Of a stretch of 64,000 nt of DNA, positions 39,433 to 51,570 are shown piece by piece. How positions within the stretch are numbered: the first letter of the stretch is position 1; the number at the start of each line of letters is the position of its first letter. The position numbers and the translations under genes are program-made. Source of the DNA: Octopus sinensis (lineage: Eukaryota); contig NC_043004.1 of the NCBI RefSeq assembly GCF_006345805.1, positions 5,456,001 to 5,520,000 on the forward strand. Reading direction: 5' to 3'. The notes below the pieces were generated by a model. It did no database searches. It was not told the DNA's origin and worked only from the letters and a program-made list of their open reading frames with translations.

Positions 39433-39661
39433 CATAGATAGATAGATAGTCTGATTGATAGATAGATAAGTAGAGGGAGACTATCTATCTATCTATCTAT
39501 CTATCCATCTGTCTATCTATCTATCTATCTGTCTATCTATCTCTCAATCTATTTATCTATCTGTCAATCTATCCCTCTATTTGCTAATATCCCTCTATAA
39601 GCGCTAATAATAATGAAGAAAAAAGATTTTTTTCCAAAATACTGACGACTTTTCTTCTCAA
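38091..39661. mobile_element. MITE with ~65-bp TIRs interrupted by the Tx1-like LINE
   Basis: ttgagaaaaaaagttgtcagaattttgg...ttattattagcgct (38091-38155) is inverted at 39600-39661; TA on both outer sides. Confidence 0.6.
38326..39383 (-). mobile_element. 5'-truncated L1/Tx1-clade LINE (ORF2 C-terminus with CCHC zinc knuckle plus 3' UTR)
   Basis: rc translates ...FQRSLAWQCYREA..RDKLYRH...CPRCGQSNETVLHTLVQCP..SDLW...VAMVKECIWWT...; ORF ends ~38667; AATAAA at 38355-38360 followed by (CTAT)-like repeats. Confidence 0.85.
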
Positions 39662-39674
39662 TATATATATATAT

Positions 39675-39768
<94 letters not shown>

Positions 39769-40244
39769 CACTGCATTTTGTCAACAGCTCAAATTACTCA
39801 GATCCGATACTGCAGAGGTGTGTAGTTTATATTACAGAAAGGATTGGCTGTTGCTGTTGTTGCTGCTGCTATGGAAAAGTGATGGAAGAATAATTGACAG
39901 TGCCAGGTTCAAACCTCCCTTGAGAAAAAGTTACCTGTAAAAGACTATGATCCATATTCTTTCACTAAGACACCCACATGAAACAGGAGGAGAGAAGTAA
40001 GAAACCAGTGATGCATAGAAGGCAGAACAGACCATTTGATATGCAATGAGGCATGAGATCAAAGAAGATGCAAAAACTGAAAAAGTTAAGGTAATGAATC
40101 CCATCATTCCCACACCCTCCCCTTCCAAAACGGCAGCAAGAACAACAACAAAAATTTATCAACCACTTTTAGTTTAATTGAAGCGAGGATGTTGCTGATG
40201 GTTCACTAATATCACGTTTTCTTGATAATTATGAACATGAGAGC

Positions 40245-40387
40245 AACGACGATGATGGCGACATTGATGATGATGATGAAGACGATGATGGTGGAGGTGG
40301 TGGTGGTGTTGGTGGTGGTGTTGGTGGTGATGGTTTTGGTGATGGTGGTGGTGGTGGTAGTGGTGGTAGTGGTGGTAGTGGTGTATG

Positions 40388-40431
<44 letters not shown>

Positions 40432-40436
40432 GTGAA

Positions 40437-40478
<42 letters not shown>

Positions 40479-40690
40479 GATGATGATGATGATGGTGGTG
40501 AAGATGATGATGATGATGGTGGTGATGATGGCGATGATGACAACAATGTTGATGGAAATGATGATAATAAGGAAAATGATGAAAATGATGATGATGATGA
40601 TGATGCTGACAATGGCGACGATGATGATGATTATGATGATGATGTTGATGATGAAAACGATGGTGATGCTAATGATGGAGATGACGATGA
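40245..40690. repeat. (GGT)n/(GAT)n trinucleotide repeat tract
   Basis: Seen directly. Confidence 0.95.
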
Positions 40691-41596
40691 TTCAACTAGT
40701 TTCATAATTTCATCTAATCCCCAGTCTTAATATTTTCAGGTGTTTTCTAAATTTAGACTACAAAGTAAAAACCACAAAAAAAAAACAAGAAAACGATATA
40801 TTTAGTAACGATCTTATATTTTAGCCTTCACTTGATGTCTAGGCGATGGCACAGTCTGTTTGAACCAACTGCACTCAGCTGTCAAGGTATCTTTATATAT
40901 TAGAACATTACTTCACTGAAGGGAGCTTAACCAAGTGCGCACATCAAGTATATACATGTATGTTTGTATGTGTATGTGCACAAGCATACATACAAACATA
41001 TATATATATGTGTATATATATATATGTGTGTGTGTGCTTATATTTACATGAAGATCTGTATCTATACACATGCACACACATATTTAGGTATCTACATATT
41101 TATGTATGTGTTTGTGTAAATATATGCACTGAATATACCCCACATATATATATCTATATATGAATATGTACGTACATACATACGTACATATATACGTACA
41201 TACATACACATATATATACACATATATACATACATATATACATATATATATATTTATATGTATATTCATATATATATATATATACACACATATACATATG
41301 TATGTGTGTGTATGTGTATATATATATATGTATGTATATACAGTGTATAGATATTCATACAAACAAACATGTGAATACATACATATATATATATATGTAT
41401 GTGCATATGTATGTGCGTATGTATGTATGTATGTATGTATGTATGTATGTATGTATGTTTGTTTGTATGTTCATGTGTACATAAGTGTTGCAGTAGATAT
41501 GCTAATGAAATTGAGAAGAAACAGGAATTTGGGTAATTTCTGTGCTAAATAAATAATTTCTGTCTTTGGTGAGCTTGAAAGTGAAGAACCTTAACA

Positions 41597-41640
<44 letters not shown>

Positions 41641-41764
41641 TGTTTTATGTATGTATGTGAGGGGGAAGGCATGTGGTGATGTAAGTTTATATGTGGAGGA
41701 GTTTATGTAAAAATGTATGTATATATGTGCTTATATGTATACATACATATGTATATAAAGATTG

Positions 41765-41826
41765 CTAGATAGATAGATATAGATAACTAGATAGAAAGAT
41801 GGATATATGGATTGGCAGACGGGTAA

Positions 41827-41875
<49 letters not shown>

Positions 41876-41905
41876 AAGATAGACAGACAGACAGATAGAT
41901 ACATG

Positions 41906-41955
<50 letters not shown>

Positions 41956-42225
41956 CAGACAGATAGATAGACAGACAGACGGACAGACAATCAGACAGAA
42001 AGAAGAATAGACAGGCAGACAGACTGACATACAGGCAGACGGCAGACATACAGACAAACAAACAGACAGATAGATAAACAGATAGACAAAGAGACATATA
42101 TAGATATATATATAGAGAGAAAGAAAGAGAGACAGACAGACAGACAAACAGATAGATATACAGATAGACAGACAGACAGATAGATAGATAGTTAGATAGA
42201 CAGATAGATAGATAGTTAGATAGAC

Positions 42226-42265
<40 letters not shown>

Positions 42266-42268
42266 TGG

Positions 42269-42320
<52 letters not shown>

Positions 42321-42380
42321 GAGATTGATAGATAGATAGATAGATAAATAGATAGACTGATAGATAGGTAGATAGATCTG
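41765..42380. repeat. Long (GATA)n/(GACA)n tract
   Basis: Seen directly. Confidence 0.95.
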
Positions 42381-43014
42381 CACTGTATGTATCTAGCTCT
42401 CTTTCTCTATACATATGGGTGTACATTTACATATATGCATTTCTGGGTACATTTTCACCCATCATTCTTCAAATACATCATCATACTTCCATCCCAGTGA
42501 GTCTTATATCTTCTACAACATGGCTGATTCCTCAGATATCTGGTATTTCTCACTGTACACTTGTATTCCATCCTTCATACGCACTGACATTACACATCAG
42601 CAGAACACACTTGCCTCATTTTATTTTCAGCCATTGCATACACCTCTTGGTTGTTTATGCTAAGATGCGAAGTTATGGGGAAGTAAACACACCAACACCG
42701 GTTGTCAAGTGGAAGTTGGGCACAAACACAGACACAAAGACACATGTACTCACACACACACAGACACACACACACACACACATGTGCTCATATGCACACA
42801 TGCATGCACACTCACGTGTTCACATACACACACACACACAGATATATATACAGTAGAACCTCCTCACAGTACAAGTGCACCATTGTACAAGTAATATGCT
42901 GTACAAGCTGAGACTCGTACAAACTTTTGTCTTGAAATACGAGTGGAAATCTGCAGTTCGAGCACAGAAATCATCCCATCTTTATGGTAATTCAGTTAAT
43001 AAAACCAGTTTACT

Positions 43015-43665
43015 CTTTATCTTTTATTTGTTTCGGTCATTTGACTGTGGCCATGCTGGAGCACTGCCTTTAGTCAAACAAATCAACTCCGGGACTTATT
43101 CTGTGGAAGCCTAGTACTTATTCTATCGGTCTCTTTTGCCGAACTGCTAAGTTACAGGGATGTAAACACACCAGCATCGGTTGTCAAGCGATGTTGGGGT
43201 GACAAACGCAAACACACAAAAAAATGCACACACTTACATACATATATATATATATATATATATTTAAGTAGTTGAATGAATTATTTTAGTATGGATAATT
43301 CGGTTAACCGATACCTGGGTAGCAAATTCACGTCAGAAAAACACGGTTGAAGCTACATGCCAAGGGCAGAGATCACGTGCTTGCGTGTGGAAATTTGTGT
43401 GTTTTTTTAATACAAATAAATGAAAGAATGGAGTTGAACGACGATTTAACAAAATTCCTTTATTCTCCTTTAGAGAATAAAGGAATTTTGTTAAATCGTC
43501 GTTCAACTCCATTCTTTCATTTATATATATATATATATATATATACATATACAGGCTTTGGTCGGCCCAAGGCTATAGTAGAAGACACTTGCCAAAGGTG
43601 CCACACCGTGGGAATGAACCCAGAACCATGTGGTTGGTAAGCAAGCTACTCACCACACAGCTACA
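43015..43665 (-). mobile_element. SINE family B split by a fold-back element
   Basis: Tail 43015-43210, head 43550-43665, insert 43262-43524. Confidence 0.85.
43416..43524. repeat. Perfect inverted repeat, 52-bp arms with a 5-nt spacer
   Basis: Arms 43416-43467 and 43473-43524, spacer cttta; homologous to the arms at 22687-22846. Confidence 0.95.
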
Positions 43666-44823
43666 TATTTCTTTTGCATTCTCTTTTTCATAATTGTCAT
43701 TTTACTTGTAACTACACCTTTTCTGTTTTAAAACCTATAAAAAATCATTTTTGAGTGGTTTTGAGGGGCTGGAACGGATTAATTATATTTCAGTTAATTT
43801 CAATGAGGAAAATTGATTTGTAAAACAAGTAAATCATAAGACAAGCTCAGTCATGGAATGAATTAAACTTGTACTGCATGGTATCACTGTATATCTATAT
43901 GATGATCTTCTTTCAGTTTCTTGTTTCTTTACTACCCACAAGGGGCTAAACATAGAGGGGACAAACAAGGACAGACAAAGGGATTAAGTTGATTACATCG
44001 ACCAGAGTGCATAACTGGTACTTAATTTATCAACCCTGAAAGGATGAAAAGCAAAGTCGACCTCGGTGGAATTTGAACTGAGAACGTAACCGCAGACGAA
44101 ACACCACTAAGTATTTTGCCCCGCATGGTAACATTTCTGCCAGTTCACCATTTCTTTCAGTTTCTACCATGTATTATTGCACTTCATACACAAGTATCAG
44201 CTTTCATTGTTCCTTTTATCTTTCACTTGTTTCAGTTACTGGACTGTGGCCATGCTGGAGTATCACCTTGAAAAATGTTAGTTGAACAGATCAGCCCCAA
44301 CCACAGTTTTTAGTTTTCAGTCTAGTACTTATTCTATTTGTCTCATTTGCTGAATTTCTAACTTATGGGGACATAAACAAACTGACACTGGTTGTCAAGC
44401 AGTGGTAGTGGGAAGGAACAAACGCAGATACAAACACACACGCACATGCACATACACACTCACACACCCACTCACATGTATGTATATATATCCATATATA
44501 TACTGGCATCAGTTAGATGGTTTGACCGAAATTGGTAAGCTAGAGAGCTACATCAAGTTCCAGTCTAATTTGGCATGGTTTCTGTGGCTTGATGCCCTTC
44601 CTAATGCCAACCACTCCAAGAGTGTAATGGGTACTTCTTATGTGTCATCGGCTCGGGTGCTTTCATGTTCCACCAGCACAGGTGCCAGTCACGCTACACC
44701 GGCATCAGCTATGACTATGATTTCACTTGATTTGACAAGTCTTCTCAAGCACAGCATATCACCAAAGGACTCAGTCACTTGTCATCACCTCTAAGAGGTC
44801 CAATATATATATATATATTTATA

Positions 44824-45331
44824 TACTATATTTGTTCCACGTCCTCGCGTTGTGTTTTTTTGTACTTTCTTGTTTGGATTAACTTTATATACCGCACGCT
44901 CACACGGACCCCACCCTCTAAGTGCCTTGGATACCAATTCCTGGATTTTTACACCTACGGATTACTGTTACCATTCTTCCGGAGTACGCCACTGAAATCG
45001 TGATTGGAAATCAAAAAAAATTTGTCCGTGACTCTTCCACTTTTTCCTTGTCCTTTTTTACCTTTCTTCTTCTACTTCCAATTTTCCACTTGTGTCGCCA
45101 CCACTTACACCTCCTTCCGGTCTTTCAAAATGTGACCTCGTGTGTACCGTTGGCGATTTTTTTCCTCTGTCTTCCCTTCTCTGGATCTTTCCTTCTCCTA
45201 TGTTTCCGATGAAGAGCTCCGCTTGAAACGTTAAACCCTCCTTCTTTCCTTCTTTCCTGAGCGTCCAATAATACTATATTTGTTCCACGTCCTCGCGTAG
45301 TTGTGTTTTTTGTGCTTTCTTGTTTGGATTA

Positions 45332-45340
<9 letters not shown>
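44824..45340 (+). mobile_element. Penelope pLTR/retrozyme-like unit: 448-bp period with ~70-bp direct repeat and a hammerhead motif
   Basis: tactatatttgttccacgtcctcgcg...ggattaactttata at 44824-44891 and 45272-45340; hammerhead motif at 45202-45236. Confidence 0.7.
45202..45236 (+). ncRNA. Minimal type I hammerhead ribozyme motif (variant core)
   Basis: GTTT CCGATGA A GAGC(tcc)GCTT GAA ACGT T AAAC: stem I GTTT/AAAC, palindromic ACGT stem III, U4-to-C variant. Confidence 0.65.
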
Positions 45341-45403
<63 letters not shown>

Positions 45404-45809
45404 TACATATATACATACATACATAATGACAGGCTTCTTTCAGTTTGCATTAACCAAATTCACTTACAAGTCTTTGGTTGGCCTGAGGCTATAATAGGTG
45501 ACACTTGCTCAAGGTGAAACACAGTGGGACTGAACCCAGAACTGTGTGGCTGGGAAACAAACTTCTTACCACACAGCTATCCCTACACCTATGTTTGCTT
45601 TTTCAGTTCTTTATTTGGCAGAACTGGATTAACCTCAGTTTCATTTACAACTGAACAAATCATGCATGCCTGATCAAGTGGGCAGTTATTCGAGTTCTGA
45701 AGTTACATTTTGAAGTGAATGTTTGGTGTGACATGTGTAATAATGTTTTTCATGTTGGAGCAACAACTGTAAGAAATTGTCATGGAACATCTATCGAAAG
45801 TGATTTTTA

Positions 45810-46090
45810 GAAAAGAAATGCCAACTACCAATCTTCTTTCTGGCACACAGACAAGAAGAAAACCATGAAGTTAACCAACGATATCTGGAACCTGAAGACC
45901 AAAGGTACCTGACACACCAAGTGGAGCATTGTTGAGCAATCCACACCATACATTAATAGGTCAAGGAAGAAGAAGCCTTTATAGCTGAAGGAACTTATAT
46001 CCTCTCTATACCTAGGAACCCCCATCAACCCACTGAACTTGAGATTAGAGATTTTCACAAAATGCAAGCATCAAGACAAGTTTTAACTAT
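45810..46090 (+). mobile_element. Penelope-like GIY-YIG C-terminal fragment, decayed
   Basis: KLTNDIWNLKTKGT..TKWSIVEQSTPYINRSR...L.IAEGTYIL...EI...KCKHQDKF across frameshifts. Confidence 0.65.
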
Positions 46091-46870
46091 CAGTCTGGAA
46101 AATATCACACTCTCCAGATTAGAAATACAGTCTTACAAATTTAAACTTCTATCAAAGTAACCTCACCAGTCTTTGTTAATTCCCATTCTGACATTCTAAA
46201 AGGACACAACTCTTATTTTCTTTCCCTCCAAGATTTTCTTTTCTGATTTCTTTCCTTTATCTCCTTATTTCTTTTTCTTGCTCTTTCTTTTTCTTATTCT
46301 TTCTCCCTTTTTCTTAAATAGCAGCCATATTTATTTTGAAGTTGAAAGATCACAGGATACTACATGGCATGCTATGCAAGCTCATCTTATTACTGTACTA
46401 TTAGAGCATGAAACTTGTGGTAACTCACATTTAAGTCCTATATTCATTAATTATATATGTAAATGTGTGTGTGTGTGTGTGTGTGTATGTGTGTGCATGT
46501 GCATATGTCTACACAATGAAAGAAAGCAGGATCTATTGAATAGATCAAGGAAAATCCACTTTTCCAGTGGCACATATCACCTTATGAACCTATCGTAGAA
46601 TATTACCTGAGAATGTGGCAAAGTTATGTAAACACATTATTGTATAATCTTATATAATCTCACATGTTATTGCATACCAAATTGTATGATGCAATGTGTC
46701 AGTAATAAATTTGCTACTGAAACATGTCTAGTGATAACCGTTTTTTCCCATTAATTTCATGTTTTATAGCTATATGTATATATGTATGCATTCACACACA
46801 TTTATATATGTATATAGCTATATATATATATATATGCATTCACACACATTTATATATGTATATATATACA

Positions 46871-46926
<56 letters not shown>

Positions 46927-47283
46927 ATAGCTAATTACCTTTAATATTTTGGGACTGCTCTAAGTAAGAGAGAAGAATCTCAGCATGATACTGAACTATA
47001 TTGGATACTAATTGGTGTGGCCTATCTGCAGGAGGCTAAATAGCCGTTAAATTGGTATTGTCATGGGTTATGAGAGAAGATTAGACTGCTAAGCTTATCC
47101 AGTAAAAGAAAACTGATTATAATTGTTATTTCTATAGTCAAATTCACTCCGAATCCATTGGTGTAATCAGAGGTAAGATTGCCTGGCAACACCACCAAAC
47201 TATAGCCGTATGATTTGAGTCCCATAGTGAGATATGTTCGGTTTCTCTGTCTTAAGTTGCAGATGTAGATATCTTTTCATATA

Positions 47284-47580
47284 CAAGGTGCAGTCAAAAA
47301 GTATCTGACCTTGATTTTTTTGCACAAAATAATGTGAGCAAAGTCTGCATGGGTGTTGGGTGGCTGCGTCCTTCCTGAGTGTGCGTAAAAATGTTCATCT
47401 CTCTAGGTTGCACCATTTGCCTTCAGTGACACGTTGAGTATAGATGTGAAGAGTGTGCTGTGCAATTTTTCTTATTGAGTCAAGGTGACCGAGTGCACTG
47501 AGCAAAGATGCTGTATCAAATTCTGCCAAAAACTTGGTGATACGCAAGCCCAGACCATCGAGATGATGGTTCAAAGATGG
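47284..47580 (+). mobile_element. Mariner 5' fragment
   Basis: TA-caaggtgcagtcaaaaagt end; EQRCCIKFCQKLGDTQAQTIEM N-terminus. Confidence 0.7.
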
Positions 47581-47633
47581 CTGCACTTTAGTGGATAGTG
47601 AGCTGTGTGTGTGTGTGTGTGTGTGTGTGTGCG

Positions 47634-47948
47634 GAGGTGCAATGGCCCAGTGGTTAGGGCAGCGGACTCGCGGTTGTAGGTCGTAGGATCGCGGTTTTGA
47701 TTCCCAGACCGGACGTTGTGAATGTTTATTGAGCAAAAACACCTAAAGCTCCACGAGGCTCCAGCAGGGGGTGGTGGCGATCCCTGCTGTACTCTTTCGC
47801 CACAACTTTCTCTCACTCTTTCTTCTGTTGGCCTACTCGCTTAGCCAGCGGGGTGGCATCATTTGAAGGCTAAAACAATGCAAAACGCATTGTGACCAGC
47901 GATGTGTAGCAACATCTGATAGCCTGGCCAGTCACGGTGATCATGGTG
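47634..47948 (+). mobile_element. tRNA-derived SINE with well-preserved A and B boxes
   Basis: TGGCCCAGTGGTTAGGGC...GGTTTTGATTCCC head followed by a non-tRNA body. Confidence 0.8.
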
Positions 47949-47974
47949 ATATATATATATATATAACACACACA

Positions 47975-49420
47975 TTACACGAAAGTGGACTGAAAGTAAA
48001 ATAAAAGAGGGTGTAACTTTTGTTTTATTAAGTGACATAAGTTGTTCAAATTACACATGCTGGTAGAGTAACTCTTTCGCTGTAGCAACTATTCTTCCTG
48101 TTCCTCTTCATTGCAGACAAATAATGGGTTCTAAGCAGTTCCAACATGCTATTATTGAGTTTTAACAAAGGAAGGGTGCAAACTGTCTGACATCCACTGA
48201 AGACTACAGCTTGACAATAGAGATGACACCACTAACGGGAGCAATGTGCACAAATAGATAAAGAAGTGTAAGAAAGGGAAACCAACATTGAAGACAAATC
48301 ACACAGTGGGAAACCATCAAAAAGAGAGTTACAATCTGTGAGCTTGTAGCAGAACTGGACAGCGATCACAATGTCTTACACAAGATAGTGGAAGACTGGG
48401 TATTATCACCATCATCATTTAACATCTGTTTTTCATGCTGGCATGGATTTTTACAATTTAACAGGAGCTGGCAACCTGGAGAGCTGCACCAGGCTCTAAT
48501 TGTCTGTTTGGCATGGATTTTATGGCTGGATGCTTTTCCTAACACCGACCACTTTACAGAGTATACTAGCTGCATTTTATGTGGTGCTAACACAAGTGCT
48601 TTTTACATGTGTGCAAACTGTATGCCTCTGCAGAAGTCACTTAATTTAAAGGAGAAAAAATGTGAAGCCTGCTCTGATATACTAGAAGCAGTTGAAGTCA
48701 ATGAAGATGCATTTTATCCAATCTGGTCATAGGGGATGAAATGTGGGCATATCTTTATGCTCAGGCAATGAAGGCTTAGGGTTTAGTCAATCAAATGGAG
48801 TATCACAAGTCTTCTCCAAGACGTAACATGTTCAAGAGTCAGCAATCAGCATACAAAGTTATGGTGACTATTCAGAGGGGTGACAAGGGTGTTAATATCC
48901 TTGAATTTTCTAAGGAAGCAAGCTGGCAGAAACCTTAGCACGCCGGGTGAAATGCTTAGAGGTATTTTGTCTGTCTTTACATTCTGAGTTCAAATTCCGC
49001 TGAGGTTGACTTTGCCTTTCATCCATTTGGGGTCGATAAATTAAGTAACAGTTGCGTACTGGGATTGAGCTAATCGACTGGCCACCTCACCCAAAATTGC
49101 AGACCTTGTGTCTAGAATAGAAAAGAATATCCTTGAGTTTTCTGGAATACGGCAGTAATGTGAGCAGCAAGCAGTACAGCAAGATCCTTAAAAGGCTTAG
49201 AGAAGCTATTTGGAGGAAATGACTAACATTCCACTTTCACTATCACTATGTCCAACCATTCATTCCTTTTGTAACAAATCGGGTAATTGACAAATTGAGT
49301 TGGTTAGTGATTTCCCATTCACCATACTGCCCAGATCTAGCTGTTTAATCCTTAGTAGTTTGGTTTAACGAAGAACAATCTTCAGAGAAAGATCTGAAAA
49401 CATGAGTTGAAAGTACCTAT
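47975..49420 (+). mobile_element. Old fragmented mariner interrupted by a family A copy and a SINE C
   Basis: HAIIEFLTKEG...EDKSHSGKPS N-terminus; ...VIS.SPYCPDLA-like C-terminal motif near 49310-49345. Confidence 0.6.
48912..49125 (+). mobile_element. SINE family C with an 18-bp target-site duplication
   Basis: aatatccttgaattttct (48894-48911) and aatatccttgagttttct (49126-49143). Confidence 0.9.
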
Positions 49421-51570
49421 GTGATACTGGCTGTATGGGTATTTATTTATTGGTTGGTGTTAAGTGTAGTTGCATGTTGTCTCATAAAAAGCAATTACAG
49501 ATTTTTTACAGTTCCAGTGATGGCTTGGATCTGTAGTCTTCGAATCAGCTTTCTCCTTTCTAGTTTTAAGAAGCCTAATTTCTCAAGATGGGTATTTAGG
49601 CAGTTTACATATCCCAGTGCCCCAATGATTACAGGTATAATTTGGATAGAGTAGCTGTAGATTCCTCAATGGTTCAGCACAGGTATTTTTTCCGCTGAAC
49701 TTTAGTGTTGTGTGCGTATCAAGTTGTATGTATGTATGTATGTATGTATGCATGTATGAATGTACGTATGTTCTTTTCTCTTTTCAAATTATTTGAAATC
49801 TTCCCGTAAGAAGTTGGTTTCTAACAAAGATAAAAAAAACTCCATCGGTAAATAATAAACCATGTCATAATTTGAATTTGAGAAAAGCCTTGCGTATGTA
49901 TGTTTGTATGAAGGTATATGTTGAGTTTGTGTTTTGCGCGCGTGCGAGAGAGAGAGAGAAAAGGAGAGTGAGAGAGAATGTGTGTCTACACTCATATGAA
50001 TAGTCTCATACGTACATGTTCTTGCTAATTGGTACATGTATGTATAAATTCCGGGAGCCAGCGACGCAAGACTTCCAAATCTGTGCGGACTCTGACAGTG
50101 AAGATCGTAACTAACCATTGTTTATATTTCCATTAATAAGCCACAGTGGCTGTTCGAGCTGTTTACGTTGGTGCTCCCCTCTTTGTTCTGAAGTCACGTA
50201 AGGACCTCACATTACTTCGAGTAGACAACTGATTTACAACAACAACAACAACAACAGCAGCAACAAAAGGCTCTGTAAAGAAGTCTGAGTTGTTCATGAC
50301 TGCACTGTTTGCCCTGAGGGACCAGGCTAGTCAGCTTGATGGGGGGAAAACTAGATGGTTGGGAAGCATTTACCGAAACTTGATAAGCACTGTGCAGTAG
50401 AATAAATAAAAGCCAACAGCTATGATGACATCACAGATGAGCTGTTGGGGTAGAGTACCACATTGAGACTGGCTTGTTGCCGTATTGTATTGCGGGTGTT
50501 AGTTGTCAGAGGTCCAGGTGGGGGCTACTTCATTGTCAGCCTTTTCAAAATTGTGTTAATATGATCCCAACGGTTGCCCTCTCCAGAACATTGGGAGTGG
50601 GTTCAATTAATTAACTTTTACTGACATACCAGATATTAGGACGAAGCAGATGTTGCTGTTGTTGTTGTCGCTGCTACTACTGCTATTTTGTAGTCTATCT
50701 TTTATTTTTTTACTTGTTTCAGTCATGCTGCGGCCATGCTGGGGCACCGCTTTGAAGAACTTTTAGTCGAATGAATCGACCACAGTATTTATTCTTTCTT
50801 ACTTTTTATTATTATTTTTTTTTGCTAAACCTGGTATTTATTTTATCGATGTCTTTTGCTGAGCCGCTAGCTTATGAGGACGTAAATACACCAATACTGG
50901 TTATCAAGCGCTGGTGGGAGACACAGACACAAAGACACATACTCACACACACGACGGCCTTCTTTCAGTTTCCATCCACAAAATTCACTCACAAGGCTTT
51001 GGTCAGCCAGAGGCTATAGTAGCAGACACTTGCCCAAAGTGCCATGCAGTGGGGCTGAACCCAGAACCATACAGTTGGGAAGTAAACATCTTTCCACACA
51101 GCCACGTCCATCTTTTTTTCAGAAGGAATGAAGATGTCCCATACAAAAATACCAAACCATATGCTTTCCTGTATCTTGTTCCCTATTACATTATTCAAGG
51201 TTCAAATCTTAATGGGGGTGATTTTGTTTTTCTATCCCTCCAAGGTCATTTATTAAAAAAAAAAAAAAAAAAAAAGAGGGAAAAATGGAAAGACTGTTAG
51301 CACTTCATTGACAAGTCTGAAAGAGATCATTTGATCTTTCTAACTCACATAGACACTTCTCTCTTACTTCAGATTAACCTATTTTTTCAAGGCAGTGTCC
51401 CAGCATGGCAGTTGTTCAATGACTGAAACAAGTAAACTCTAAAAAGATATGTTTAGCCTCATATGAGCCCTGAGCAAGCAGACTCATGACTAAAAGTGTT
51501 AGATCATGACCTTCCTGTTATTTCATATATCTAAGACTGCATGATGTCCTTCCTTTCCCAAGGCAATGAA

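Larger units (their letters stand above)
42851..43889. mobile_element. Tigger/pogo-like MITE split by SINE B
   Basis: TA-cagtagaacc ... ggtatcactg-TA ends; halves at 42851-43010 and 43670-43889. Confidence 0.65.
44215..45590 (-). mobile_element. SINE family B split by a family A copy and a hammerhead-bearing unit
   Basis: Tail 44215-44420, head 45425-45590. Confidence 0.8.

Noticed and set aside
39935-40076. Minus-strand exon candidate (VFASSLISCLIAYQMV...)
   Set aside because: Splice sites are plausible, but there are no supporting partner exons or recognisable homology
47634-47710. tRNA gene
   Set aside because: No complete cloverleaf, and it continues into a SINE body; the same holds for the other SINE heads
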